Part shown: piece after piece, positions 25,901-42,495 of the stretch
Numbering within the stretch: position 1 is the stretch's first letter
How the letters are laid out: each line of letters begins with the position of its first letter
Assembly (NCBI GenBank): GCA_010093815.1
Contig: ML996587.1
Strand: one strand, 5' to 3'
Length of the DNA stretch: 64,000 bases
Source of the DNA: Pseudovirgaria hyperparasitica
Taxonomy: Eukaryota
Translations under genes and position numbers: made by a program
Notes under the pieces: model-generated
Databases searched by the model: none
Told to the model about the DNA's origin: nothing
What the model saw: only the letters and a program-made list of their open reading frames with translations

Positions 25901-27286
25901 TTTATACTCTTCTAGCGTTAATTATGGTAAGGTTACTCTTAATTAAACGTATTTAATCGACCTTATTTCTAACCCGTATAGGGTTCGTCGGTTTTACCTA
26001 GAGAGCCGCGTTTCTTAAGGATACGGTAGTATTCGTTAGCTTTCTCCTCTAATTTATATAGATAGTTAAAACTTAATAATACTATTTCTAATCTTTCGCG
26101 GATTAACGGGAGTAGTACTTCGTAAAACTAGAATATACGAATATTTTTCTATAGTATAGGGATATTATCCTAGAGGTTTTATAGATATTATAGTAGTTAA
26201 GTAGGTGTCTAGTTCGGTCGTTATGCTACGCTTCTTAACTTAGATAGTACCTTTCTTTCGCGTTCTCCGTTAGTTCCGGGGGTATTTAGTATAAATATAG
26301 CTAAATATTCCTAGGTTATCGCCGATAGTAGCTTAACTTCCTTCTATCTATCCTATTAATCGCGGGATTATAAACCTAAGTAACGTTCTCCGAATAAAAT
26401 GTATTATACTTTAGTAGAAAAGAGCATAGGGTTATTAAGAAAGTACTTCTCGTAGTCTCTCTTCTAATCTTTTTACTTCTTTTAGTTCTTCCCTATAAAT
26501 ATAGTCGGATCTTTAGGTTTCGGCACACCTAGAGATAGAATAGGGTAAGTTAGTAGTAAAGTGGCCGGAACTATAGGAGATTATCGCAATTCTAGTAGGG
26601 GATAAATTAATTCCGCCTAGATTAGTATAGGCTATTATTTAGCTATTATCGCTTTACGTAGTCTTTTAAGAGACTTATTAAGTTCTTGTTATTTTATGAG
26701 GAGTTTCGCACGTTCGGTCTATTCTTTAAGGATCTATATCTCTCGGGCTTAATTAGTAATATACTCCTATAGTTTAGCGATTAATGGTTACGATTCCTTG
26801 TGTAGCTCTACTATAACTCGTTATCTAGCTTCCTATTATAGGAAGTCGCTTAGTGTATCTACTATTTCCTTATTAGAAAGTTCCGTGATTCGGTCGGATA
26901 TCTCTACTTCTCTATTAAGAACGGCTAGATTTAATACCGATTATAGAGGATCCCTATTATTTAATATAGTGTTACTTGTCCCTATAGTAGATTATATCGA
27001 CCTTCTTAGTTCTAGTTAGACTATCTTAGCTATAGTACTATATAGGGAGTAATTCAAATATAAGAATAGGGTTATTAGATAGTAGTATAGCTAGATAGAA
27101 TAATAGGGTATATTCTATTATAGAACGAATTACTACTAAACCCTTTCGGTAGAAATCTAAGAGTATATATATAAAGGGACGCCGATCTATCTAGTACGTA
27201 ACTATTTACCGCCCTTCATGTTACCTCCTAACCCTGTTAGCTAAGGTATATATAGGTCGAGTCCTACCTAAGACTAAGTCCTAACA
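19960..27286 (-). mobile_element. Full-length Gypsy family A copy 2, RIP-inactivated, with an internal N gap
   Basis: 228-bp LTRs at 19960-20187 (3', PPT adjacent) and 27059-27286 (5'). Perfect 5-bp TSD TAGAC at 19955-19959 and 27287-27291. gag-pol on the minus strand, RT YLDN about 24543-24554. Confidence 0.95.
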
Positions 27287-27947
27287 TAGACCTAGATTAA
27301 GTTAGCTAGATTAAGCGAGACTACTATATAAGTAGACTATATATACTTAATTTCTACTCTTTAGAAATTAACCTTATTATAAGAGTAGACTACCCTTTTA
27401 AATATATTTCTAAATCCTTCTATAATCTATTAGACTACTATTCTATATCTATAATTCTTATAATATATAAAGATATACTAATCTATTTACTATATAACTT
27501 CTTACTATCTATTATACTATCTTATACTTTTTAGCTTAGATATATATAGATTTAGTCTAGTCTCTAGCTAATTTCTAATAATAGCTATAGATAGCTATAG
27601 TAGATAGACTTTACTATAGAAAAAATAGAGAGAAATAGATAGCTAATAGCTTTAAGTACTTATATAATAGTATCTAGTCTATAAGTTACTATATAGTATA
27701 GTTCTAGTAATAAATAGATACTAGATATAAATAATTATAAGTAGACTCTATAGATCTAATAGTTATATATTTAACTAGTCTATATTATAATAGAGTAATA
27801 GAATAGTATAATAGAGATCTATAATAATATAATAGTACTTACTATAGTAGTTATAAGTAGAATATAATAAGTATAGTTATATACTAGACTTAAGTATAGT
27901 AGAATTACTTATAGTACTCTCTCTACTAGCTAAGATATAGCTAAAAA

Positions 27948-27957
27948 TTATTATTAC

Positions 27958-28052
<95 letters not shown>

Positions 28053-28117
28053 NNNNNNNNNNNNNNNNNNNNNNNNNNNNNNNNNNNNNNNNNNNNNNNN
28101 NNNNNNNNNNNNNNNNN

Positions 28118-28212
<95 letters not shown>
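27948..28212. repeat. (TTA)n microsatellite, partly unresolved (N gap)
   Basis: Pure TTA repeats on both sides of the gap. Confidence 0.95.
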
Positions 28213-28214
<2 letters not shown>

Positions 28215-28363
28215 TAGTTAAATATAGTAAAGTTTCTATATCGGTTTAGGGCTTATGTTACGTATTACCATTATTAACGGTCATGGACTAGTCAAGTTTG
28301 ATTTAGGTGTCAGTATATGCCTGGTACACATTACAGGGTCGAAATCTCGCACACAACGCCATT

Positions 28364-29018
28364 ATGGTTACAATCGCGACCATTCAACCAGCGCCAACGC
28401 TCCCTTCACGTCTCCTCCGCTTCTTCGCGAAATACCCACCCGTCCCAATCGCTCGCAAGCTCGCTGAGACCGGCGCTTATGAGAGCGCAGACTTGGACTT
28501 GGATAAATCAACAGTCTCGACAGAAACCACTTCTTTGGCATTCGATACAACAGCCCTTACGGCAACATCCTCCTGTAAGCATTCTCGTAAAGAGTGTGAT
28601 GGCTCTCTTCCGTACCGCTCGCCCTTCGCACCGCAAAAAAACTTCGTGACAGGCAAATGGCGCGGTCCGATATATGGTCTCCGTCAACAGGCCGACATCT
28701 GCAAGCTAGCGCGGGCATATGAAGTGGAAGACTGGTTACCATGGAGTATTAAGAAACAGGGCGAGCGCGAGAAGCGGCGTATTGAGAGAGGGCTACAGGT
28801 ACGAGGTACTGGTGTGGGTCAGAAGCCAAAAGGAAAGAAATGGGAGAGACAGTTGGGACCGAAGCTGGAGAAGAGGAGACAGGCAATGCTAGAGATGCCA
28901 CAATTAATCAAGGAGTGGAGACTAGTAAGCTTCTTATTACTCGAGGATTTGTGCGAAGGTGTGCTAATAACAGTCGCAGGCTGGACGATCCAGAGGTTGG
29001 AAGAAGTGGCCGAAATAA
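28364..29018 (+). CDS. MRPL25: Mitochondrial large-subunit ribosomal protein L25 (mL59); exons 28364-28924 and 28980-29018, about 199 aa
   Basis: LPSRLLRFFAKYPP, PFAPQKNFVTGKWRGPIYGLRQQADICKLAR, KPKGKKWER, RRQAMLEMPQLIKEWR. Intron GTAAGC..GCTAAT..CGCAG (28925-28979) restores the C-terminus AGRSRGWKKWPK*. Not RIP-mutated. Confidence 0.9.
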
Positions 29019-29256
29019 CCGTCGCATTTGTATCGCTCTTCCGACTGTAGTTTTATGCTGCGTCGTTGGCATTAGCACTGTAATGAGGTTTTTAGCACCA
29101 TCGATGCGGTTTGATCAAGTGCGGCAACTGTGTTTATATAAGATCTACATATCCATTAAGAGCGGTATCACTGGGTGACACAACGAGTCATGAATTTTTA
29201 ATAACCATAAGCAAACATGGTACTAAGAACAAGTCGATTATTACAAGCCACGATGT

Positions 29257-31600
<2,344 letters not shown>

Positions 31601-32547
31601 TCATTCCATAGCCTCGGCGGTGGATGAGTCTTTTTCAGGTGCGACGTCGGCGAAGGCCTAGGTTATTATGCTTCTGAGAGTGTTAGACGCGGAGTTACGG
31701 AGGTGACTGAGAGGTGATCCGTCCTTTTTCTTACAACCTGAAGAGCTTGGCACTTGTGCGTGTACTTACCTCTGTTTCCATTCTAGAGCTATTTAATTAT
31801 TAGAATTCTATTACTCTATATATATTATTTATAATAAACTATATAAAAAAACTTTTTATACTCTAAGGGACTAAAACTAGTTAATTTAGAGTAATATAGT
31901 AATCTATATATATTAATTAATAGAGTATACTAAGTATAATAACTTTTAATATATATATATAGTATATAATATATAATAGTACTAATATATAGAGATACTA
32001 TATATATACTTAAAAACTCTTTAGAGTAGTAAGTATAGACTACTACTAATAAATACTAATATACTAACTCTCTTTTATTAGTTAAGAGTAGTCTAGAACT
32101 AATAATTATAGTAGTCTTAGATACTAATATACTCTAGCTTCTACTAGGTATATCTCTACTACTAGTATAATAGAAATAACTATATAATAGTATATTCTAG
32201 AATAACTAAACTACTATCTAGAAAATAAAGAATAACTAAGAGTATAAAATATTATAAATAACTAAGATAGAGAGAACTCTACTTAGAGATACCCTTATAA
32301 ATAAGATTAAATACTAGATAATATATATAGAAATAGAGATTAAAAAGAAAGAAACTATCTTTCTTAATATCTTCTAGAGTCTAGTCTAGAATATCTAAGA
32401 ACTTATTATAGAAATAAAGTAGATACTAGAGTTAAACCTAGAATCTAGACTAGACTAGATTAAGACTAGTCTATTAAAGATCTAGATAAATCTTATCTAG
32501 AAAAAATACTCTAGTATATAGATATAAATTACTATACTAATAGATAG

Positions 32548-35500
32548 AGCTACGAAGTCTTACGAACCGTGTCCACGTTATTATAGCTAGGTAATGCCTC
32601 TTCGGAGGTAGTAAGAGGTTCGGAGCGGCGTTAATAGTGACCTCGTCGTTACTAGATAGGTAGTTATAGAGTTTTCGCGACGTATTACTCTATAGAGACT
32701 ACACCGTAATAAACTAGCTAGGATAGTATATACTTCTATCCTATTCTTAATTAACACGTTAAGAGAAGTCTATAAGGATACTAGAATAAGAAAACTATCT
32801 AACGTACTACTACTATATCGAAAGTAGGCCTAAATCTACCTTACTATATAGGTAGAGAAAGCGGAAGTCCTAGTAGCGTGATAGGATACCTTAAGGCTTA
32901 AATGGCTCTAGGTACGTAAGGATTAGTAAGAAATCACGTTAAGGGTAACTATAAACTACTACGGATGAACTTATTAAGGCTAACTCTCCTATAGTATTAA
33001 ACTACGTTTATTAAGACGCCTAGCGCGACTACTAGTAGCGCGACTCTATTAAGACCTTTCGCTTAATATAGGATACTACTTAGGTCTAGAATAGATAGAG
33101 CGGCTCCCGCGTATAAGAGATATTATAGTCTACTATAGAAGATAGGGCGCTAGTATATATAGATAATAGTATACGGATATAGATAAGAGGCGGCTATAGA
33201 GATCTATTAAAAAGTAGTAGAAATAAGTCGGGTTAGTAGATAGAGAATACTTAAGTCGCCTAGGCGTATTACGTAAGTATACACGTATAGAATTTAAAGG
33301 ATACTCGTCTATAAGATACGGTCGGCCTATTATAGAGAGATTCTTATAGGTAATATAAAACTAGATAGTAGCTATACTTAAAGGCGGGGCGTGGTATATA
33401 GTAGTAACTACTAGCTCTAAGGACCTTACCCCTTTAATAGACTCTAACCTTTAGTATATCTAGAAGTAGGCGGGATCACGTCCTAGCTAGGGAGACTACT
33501 ATATAGTCTAAGAGAATAGATACATGTGTTAATTTATAAAGAGATAGAACGTATCGCTAGACACGCACGCTAGTAATATAAGTTTAAGGAGTAAACCTCG
33601 TAGTTTCCTAGCTAGATAAGGCGTTATGCCCCTCTTCTAGTAGAGCTAGAGGTATAAGTCTAAAGGGGATAAGATAAGGCGAAAATAGGAGTAGGGCCTA
33701 ATGGTATAGGGCACGTTAAACCTATAGGAGTTATCTAACTTCGAACTAGAGGCCCGAATAACAAGGTACCCGGACCGGATAGAATACCGAATAGGTACCT
33801 TAAACGTACTATACTAGCTACCCTACCGCTTATTAGTTATATATTTCAAGTATATATTAAGAATGGATACCACCCCTAAAGCTTCCGGGCCGTCTATACT
33901 ATTATACTCCCGAAACTAGGGAAGAACCCTAGCTCCCTAAAAGGATAGAGGCTAATTACCCTCCTCTTCTATCTCGGGAAGATACTAGAGGCCATGATCG
34001 CGAAGAAGATAAGCGCCGTAGTATAGGAATATAACCTCCTCCTAGTAAACCAGAAGGCGAAGACTAGAAGCTCCCTAATTACCGCTATCTAATATATCCT
34101 CGAAGTTGTCTAGACCGTATAGAAGTAGGGACGTGTAGTAATACTACTCTCCCTTAATATAGCCGGCGTATTTAATAAAGTAAACCATACGAGACTTATC
34201 TATAACTTACGGAAGAGGCGTATACCCGCGGAGATTACGCGGTTTATATAGTCCTTCCTTACCGAAAGAGTTACCTAGATATATATCCCCGGATATTAAA
34301 GTAAGTATAAGAAGATAGCTTACGGCATCCCATAAGGAAGTACTATCTTCTCGATTCTCTTTCTCTTCTTTACTATAGACCTTCTCTAGAGAATATAATA
34401 TATAGAGATAGTAGGATATATAGACGATATATACCTTCTAGCTATTAATAATAATACTAGCTAAATATATAGACGACTCGAATAAGACCACGGGAGATAC
34501 ATCTAATAGGCAAAGCGCCACGGAGTAAAGTTCGCCCCCGAAAAGTACTAACTTATATACTTTATTAACCGCTATAGGAAATGGGCTACTAGAGAAGGCG
34601 AGTAACGCCCTAGAATAGACGCCTTTAACGAACCGCCGATATAAAGTATACACGTACTCGGCGTTATAATCGATAATAAGCTTAAATAGGGACCATAGGT
34701 AGTATACGCCGTTTCTAGGGCCCTCTAGATAGAAGCCGCTATACGCCGGATTATAGCCTTTACGTAGGGAACCGCCCGGGATAAGGCACGCTAGCTATAT
34801 ATATCTATAGTACGACCCGCCTTCACGTACGGACACGAGTACTAGTATATAGCCCTTATATAGACTAGGCGAATAAAGCTCGAATCCATATAGAACCGTA
34901 TACTCCGTCTTATATTAGGCATATATAAAGCTACTAATACGGTACTACTACGACGCGAGATAGACGTTATAAGTATATATAACTTCTACTAGATATAGAG
35001 GGTAGTATACTTTACTAAATAATAAGTATAGAAATATATAGAAAATATAGAATATACCTTCGCCGCGCTACGCGCGCGAGTTAGTATATACTACTAAGTA
35101 CTCTTATATATAGGCCGGACTTAACTATAGTATAAGTACCCGATAGAAATAGACTCGAACTAAGTAGTATAAGAGATTAAGAATAATCTAGATACCCTTC
35201 TAGACTAATAGAGCCTTCGAGAGCTTGGACGAAGTATATAGTTATAGATCTAAGATAAGTAGAAAGAGATACTCTAGGCCTAGTAGGCCTTCTAGTAGAA
35301 TAGGTACCTAGAGTAGATCTAAGGACTATAGAAGGAGCCGAGTAAATAGATATATAAAGGGCTTATAAAGGCCTAGGCATCTATACTCCTCTAAGCCCGA
35401 ATAGACGCTATAGAACTTCTATACTACCTCTATAAGAGAGGCGTCTCTAACGTGTCTCTATAGTATAAGGCGTGCGGCCGGAGAGGTATAATACGCTACT

Positions 35501-35970
35501 ATCTTATAATATACCCTAATCTTTATACGTAAAGGTAGAAGCTCATCTATATAATAAGAACCTCTAATATTATATAATGGCTTAATAAGTACCCTAAGGA
35601 CGTCGCCTAGTAGATAATTATATACCTACTACTCCTCTAATTCTAGTAGACCTAGAAATATATACTAGAAGAAACCCGGTATATATTGGAGGAAACCCGG
35701 TATATACCGGAAGAACCCCTTAACTAATAACCTCCGCACCTACACGTGCTATCTAAGGGTAAAATAACGGTAATATAGGCTATAGGCTAATAGGCGTACC
35801 CTATAGCTATATACTTAAGACGAAATAAAGGTTTAACGAGATGTAGTTATAGATATAAGGAAGTTTTTCCCTATGGGGTTTCTTCTTATATAGTAGCCTA
35901 GACTAGAGGAGGTATAGGCCTGTAGAGTACTACTCTACCTAGTTATATAATATTATTATTATTATTATTA
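32548..35970 (+). mobile_element. Chimeric or internally deleted LINE (L3): unrelated 5' segment fused to an L1-like RT and 3' end, with no recognisable endonuclease
   Basis: 15-bp TSD TATACTAATAGATAG (32533-32547, repeated after the tail at about 35969-35983). Homology to L1 begins only at about 33755 (KVPGPDRIPN). Confidence 0.82.
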
Positions 35971-36073
35971 TACTAATAGATAGTATAACTAGAATAATTT
36001 AAATACTAAGAATATCTAAAAGAGAAGTATATAATATATAAATTATTATCTAGAATAAAAAAGTACTTATATA

Positions 36074-39000
36074 TATAAGTTTTATATATATAATAACCTT
36101 ATAATCTATTATATATAATATATAAGTTATATAGAATAAGAGTCTAGCTCTACTCTATTCTATTCTATAGAAGTACGTTCTCTAGTATTCTATAGAAGAG
36201 TTCTAGTTCTACTCTACTCTAGAGCTATTCTATCTCTACTCTACTCTAGAGGTAACTAGCTCTATTCTACTCTAGAGACTAGACTAGACTCTATAACTTC
36301 CTTAGAGACTATAGACTAGGAGACTTATATTAATATAAGCTAGTACTAGCTTATATTAGATTAAGTAGGAATCGGAAGTACATGGATAGAGATAATATAT
36401 TAATTAAATATATTAACTCTTAGCGTACTAAAATGGACTAAATCGGATAGTTATAGAATACTATTAGTATTTAGTATACCATTTAATATATATTATTAAT
36501 TCTTAATAATAACGTACGTAAATTATATATATATAGACCTTCCTATAGCCATAGATAGTCGTCTCTTTAAGCCTTTTAATTAAATATACTTTATATACTA
36601 TATATTATGTCCCTTAGTCTTATTCATTTAAGATACCTTCTATACTACCTATCCTCCTAAGGGTATTATATATATCTATTTTATATATACCCTTTTAAAA
36701 CTTTTATAGGTTATAAGCCCGGCTCTTACCTAATTCTTTTATGAATTAAGACCTCTTTTATCTATACTTTAAGCTTTAAAGATAACCCTAGGGCGTTCTA
36801 TTTATATTAGACGTCCCTATACCTCTTTCTCCCTTCCTAGAATACTTCTAGAGTTTAAAATAGATACTCTTGGCCTACGATAAGTCCCTGCTTACCTTAC
36901 TCTAGTAATAGAGAATTATAAGGTTCTACTATAGATAATTGGATTCCCTAGAGGGCCCTATAGAAATTTAAAAGTATTACTTATAGGTATTGACTTATAT
37001 AGCTACTAGGAAGGTAGAATTACTCTATTCGTTTGCTCTAAGTCCCTCTAGAATTAGAATTATTAAAATATAGAGGGTAATTCTACCCAGCTTAGAGTAG
37101 AGACTTCTAAGCACCTAGCGTCTAAGTTATACTTATACTCTTTATCTATTAGTAGAGGAAAGGATCCCTAGATTACCCTAGAATACGCCTAAAAAGTAAT
37201 TATAATACTTTATATTTAGGTTACTATCTCTAGAACTTAATTCTAAGGTATAGAGTATCTAGAAAAAATAGAGTAAATTTCAAAAATTAATTACTCTATA
37301 AGACACCACCTAAAATAAGTAATTTTTATATTACTAAGTGCGTTACATTACTATATACTATATATATAAGTTTCAGCTTGGTATTGATTCCTAATTAAGA
37401 AATAAAATACAGTTTATGTCATTTTACTTAATGTCTACACCTCTAGATACCATAAAATTAAATATTACTCTGTTATTTATAATTTAATACTAACTAAACT
37501 TTATATACTATATTATAGTATTACTATAAGCTTATATTATAAGTCTTATAATCATAGCTCTTAAATTAAGGTCTCTAGAATTTATCTAAATTCTCTCTAG
37601 AAAATAGTAGAGCTAGATTAGCTCTACTTATATTTATCAGAGTATAGAACCTAAAAAATGAGCGATTTATCTAAAATTCCTAGACTCTTAGGAGCTAGTA
37701 ATTATAATATCTAGGCTATTAGAATGGAGTCTATTCTAATAGAAAAAGGTTATACTACTACTATAGAAGCACATTCTAAGAGCATGAATAGTCTTAAAAT
37801 TAAGAACTATATACTAATAGTAAGAAAGACTATGTCTATTATTAGACTAGTACTTGCTAATAGCCCTTTACTCTAAATAAGGAATATATTAAATCCCTTT
37901 AATTTATAGATAAGGTTAAAGAATCTATACTAGGTAAAGGGGTTTAGCTCTAAATTCTTATTATATAAAGAATTATTTAATACTACTCTTAGAGCCTCTA
38001 AGAATATAGAGGAGTATTTAAATAAGATTATAAGAATTAGAGATAATCTAAAGTCTAAATCACTTAAATTACCTAATAAATTCATAATAGCATGGGTATT
38101 AAATAACCTTACTAAGGAATATAAAAACCTAGTAACTATTATTACCCAGTCTATTAGAAAGGATAAGGATAGAGATATAGATAAAATATTTAATTATCTA
38201 CTAGATGAGTCTAGAAGGATAAAATTAAAGTCTTTACTAAAAAATGAGATAATTGATATAGAAATGGCCAATAATACTAGTTCTAATAAATGCTCTTACT
38301 ATAAGAAACCAAATTATATAGAAGATAAGTGTTTTAAAAAATATCCTCATTTAAAACCCTCTAATAAGGGGAAAGGAAAGCAAAAGCAAAAGAAAGAGAA
38401 AGAGAAGAATAAAGAGATAAATGCTTCTTCTAAACAAGAAGAAGAGGTATTTACTACTTTAATTAATGACTCTACTATTTAAAAAATAGAGTCTATTAAT
38501 AGCTCTTTCCATAAAACCTCTTAGATTATAGATTTAGGGGCTAGCATTAATATATACTCTAATAAGAGTCTCTTTATTAGTATTAAAGAATGTAATAATA
38601 CTATTAAATAGGGAGATTTAAATAGAGTTATAAATGCTAGTGGTATAGGCGATTATAGAGTTCTAATTACATCTACTAATATAGAGATATTAATTAAGAA
38701 CTATCTTTATATACCTAATTTTGGAGTAAATCTATTATCTATAGGAAAGATAATTAGAGATGGAAAGTCTATATTATTTAAAGATAACTATGCCTATATC
38801 TATTCAAAGAATAAGAGGCTATTAGCTAAGGCTAGTATAATAAATAATATTAGTATTCTTAAGACAACTCCTATATATAAAGAACCTGATTCTTTATATA
38901 CCTCTATAGAAAATGAGATTATAGACACTTAAAGTAGTTCTATTAATTCTACTATAGATTTATAGTATAATAGATTAGGCTATATAAATCAAAAGGCATC

Positions 39001-42000
39001 AAATCAACTTAAAAATAATAAGATTATAGAATTCCTAGATAATAATCTATTATATAAAGAGTGTGAAATATATCTAAAGGCTAGTTATACTAAAATATAT
39101 AAGTCTAATTATATTCCTAAACCTAAGGAATATCTAGAGGTTATATATAGTAACATTTATAGTCCTTTACCATCTACTATAAATGATTATATATACTTTA
39201 TAACTCATTTAGATAGCTATTCTAAATATCTAGAGGTAGATATTATGAAAAATAGAGATGAGAACTTCTTAATTACTAAGAATTATATTACTAGATAAGA
39301 AAACTAGTCTAATAACAATAATAAAGTAAAGAGATTCCATTCTAATAATGCTAGAGAGTATAAATCATCATTATATAAGTCTTATTTTGATGAAAAAGGC
39401 ATAGAATATACCTATACATGTCCTTATAGTCTAGAATAGAACTCTAAAGTAGAGAGAATTAATAGGACATTACTTAATAAAGTTAGATTATTACTTTATT
39501 AAGCTAATTTACCTTATTATTACTAGGCTAAAGCTCTATTAGCTACGTGTTATCTATATAATAGAATACCACATTCTAGTATAGAATATAAAACTCCCTA
39601 TGAACTTAAATATAGTAAAAAACCAATTATTACACATATAAAAGTATGGGGTTCTAGAGTATATAAAAAGGAACATATACCTAAGAATAAATTAGAGCCA
39701 AGAAGTAGCTTATATTATCTTATAAACTATAATGATAATAATTAGTATAAATTACTTAATATTAGTAATGATACTACTACATGGGCTAAAGATATTACTA
39801 TACTAGAGAGTACTTTTTATAATAAAAGTCAAAAACTCTACTTAGACTCTCTAGAGCAAGAGTTTATATATAGAGAACTAAGTGAAAATGAATCAGAAGA
39901 AGACGAAAATTACATAGATAATGAGTCTTCATATGTTTCAAATACTCCTAAAATTACAGCCGAATCGGGTGATAATTACAGTTAGAATCAATTTATGAAT
40001 AATAGAGAAAATCAACCTAGACTCTCTAGAGGGTCTAGAGACTCTAGACAACCTAGATAGTCTATAGACTCTATTAATTTAGATTTAGAAGACGAATTAG
40101 CTTATACTAATAATAGTAATATTAATTCTAATGCTATGTGTTATTATACTTATAATAGTCTATTTAAATTTAGTGCTTATAATATATCCTTAGATATTAT
40201 AGAGCCAAAATCATATAAATAAGCTATGAAAAGTACACATGCTATAGAATGGAAAAATGCTACTATTAAGGAGTATAATGACTTATTAAGTTAAAATACA
40301 TGGGATTTAGTAGATAAACCTAAGAATAGTTCTACTAATATAATCTCTAGTAGATGGGTATTTAAAATTAAACTAAACCTAGAAAATACCATTAATAAGT
40401 ATAAAGCTAGATAGGTAGCTAGAGGTTTTCTATAAAAATATAGAATAGATTACCTAGAAACCTTTGCTTATACTATAAGACCTATAGTAATTCGTTTATT
40501 ACTACTTATAGGCGGGTTATATAATCTTGAAATACATCAATGGGACTTTAAATTAGCTTTTCCTAATGCTAGATTAAAAGAAACTATATATATATACCAG
40601 CTAGAGGGGTTTATAGACTCTAATTACCCTAATAGAGTCTATAAATTAAATAGAGCTTTATATGGACTTAAGCAATCAGCTAGAGAGTGGCAAGACCTAC
40701 TTAAGGATATATTAATATCCTTAAAATTCACTTAAATTATAGCTGAAAATGCAGTCTATATTAGAGATAATCTAATTATTTCAGCCTATGTAGACGATAT
40801 ATTAGTTTTTGCACCTAATACTAAAGATATAGATAACTTCTATTTAGAGATAACCAAGTACTCTAAATTAGATATATCTAATCTAGGGCAAGCTAAATAT
40901 TACCTAGGAATGGAAATAAAGAGAGATAGAACTAAAGGTTCTATTATATTATCTTAATCTTCTTTTATTAAGAACTTATTAATTAAGTTTAATAAAGAGA
41001 ATATAAAGCCATCTAAAATACCTTTATCTCTAGGTATTAAATTAGATAAAAACCCCTTACAAGCTAAATTAAAAGATATTAGACAATTCTAAAGGGAAAT
41101 TGGTTCTCTTATCTATTTAACTAGTCTAACTAGATGTAACCTAAAATACCTAGTAGGCTATCTAGCTAGATTTATATCTAATCTAAGTCTAGAACACTTT
41201 AAAGCCTTAAATAAGCTATGGCAATATATATTATTTTCTAAGGATTTAGAAATGGAACTCTATATTAATAGAGACTCTATTAAATCTAATAATATAATAG
41301 CTAAAGGTTATGTAGACTTAGATTGGGGGGGGGATATATCTAGAAAAAGCACTACTAGATATATATTCCTTATAGGGAATAACCCTATCTCCTGGGATTT
41401 AAAATTACAAAAAACTATAGCACTTAGCTCCTATAAGGCTGAATATATGGCCCTTAAGGAAGTAACTAAGGAATTATTATATATTAAGTCTCTTATTACT
41501 TAAATCCCTATATTAAATAATATAGAGATTAAGGACTTATATATAGATAATTAATCAGCTATAGAAATTGCAAAGAATCCAGCCTATCATGCTAGAACTA
41601 AGCATATAGACATTCAATACCATTTTATTAGAGATAATTACCTAAGGAAGGTAATTAATCTAATATATATAAATACTAAGAACCAAATAGCAGATAGTCT
41701 AACTAAGGCAGTTGACTACTCTATATAGAAGTATTTTATAGACTCTATTAATTTAATTAATAGAGCTAATAACCTATAAAAATAAAAAAATAGTATATAA
41801 GGTATATATATATATATATAGATTAAGGGGGTGTATAAGTTTTATATACATAATAACCTTATAATCTATTATATATAATATATAAGTTATATAGAATAAG
41901 AGTCTAGCTCTACTCTATTCTATTCTATAGAAGTACGTTCTCTAGTATTCTATAGAAGAGTTCTAGTTCTACTCTACTCTAGAGCTATTCTAGTTCTACT

Positions 42001-42495
42001 CTACTCTAGAGCTATTCTACCTCTACTCTACTCTAGAGGTAACTAGCTCTATTCTACTCTAGAGACTAGACTAGACTCTATAACTTCCTTAGAGACTATA
42101 GACTAGGAGACTTATATTAATATAAGCTAGTACTAGCTTATATTAGATTAAGTAGGAATCGGAAGTACATGGATAGAGATAATATATTAATTAAATATAT
42201 TAACTCTTAGCGTACTAAAATGGACTAAATCGGATAGTTATAGAATACTATTGGTATTTAGTATACCATTTAATATATATTATCGATTCTTGATAATAAC
42301 GCACGTAAATTATATATATATAGACCTTCCTATAGCCATAGATAGTCGTCTCTTCAAGCCTTTTAATTAAATATACTTTATATACTATATATTGTGTCCC
42401 TTGGTCTTATTTATTCAAGATACCTTCTATACTATCTATCCTCCTAAGGGTATTATATATATCTATTTTATATATACCCTTTTAAAACTTTTATA
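36074..42495 (+). mobile_element. Full-length Ty1/Copia LTR retrotransposon, RIP-inactivated
   Basis: LTRs 36074-36708 and 41834-42495 (the latter has one extra 27-bp unit). TSD ATATA. PBS GGTTATAAGCCC. PPT ATTAAGGGGGTG. Confidence 0.95.
37658..41785 (+). pseudogene. Copia gag-pol relic (gag-zinc knuckle-protease-integrase-RT-RNase H)
   Basis: ATG at 37658. CSYYKKPNYIEDKC knuckle, IIDLGAS protease, RALYGLKQSAREW, YVDD about 40788, DLDWGGD, RTKHIDIQYHFIR. Copia domain order, with in-frame stops. Confidence 0.92.

Larger units (their letters stand above)
9569..27462 (+). mobile_element. 3' part of an older Gypsy element (family B), fragmented by nested insertions
   Basis: Integrase and chromodomain relic at about 9569-10560 (IDRLIK..RYIP, TD*GS.F.SKF, KKLNYK..PF). 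Purine tract AAAAAGAAGAAGAA precedes an LTR at 19891, which is split by Gypsy A copy 2 and resumes at 27292-27462. Confidence 0.65.

Noticed and set aside
27948..28212. Telomeric repeat
   Set aside because: The unit is TTA, not TTAGGG, and the tract is internal.
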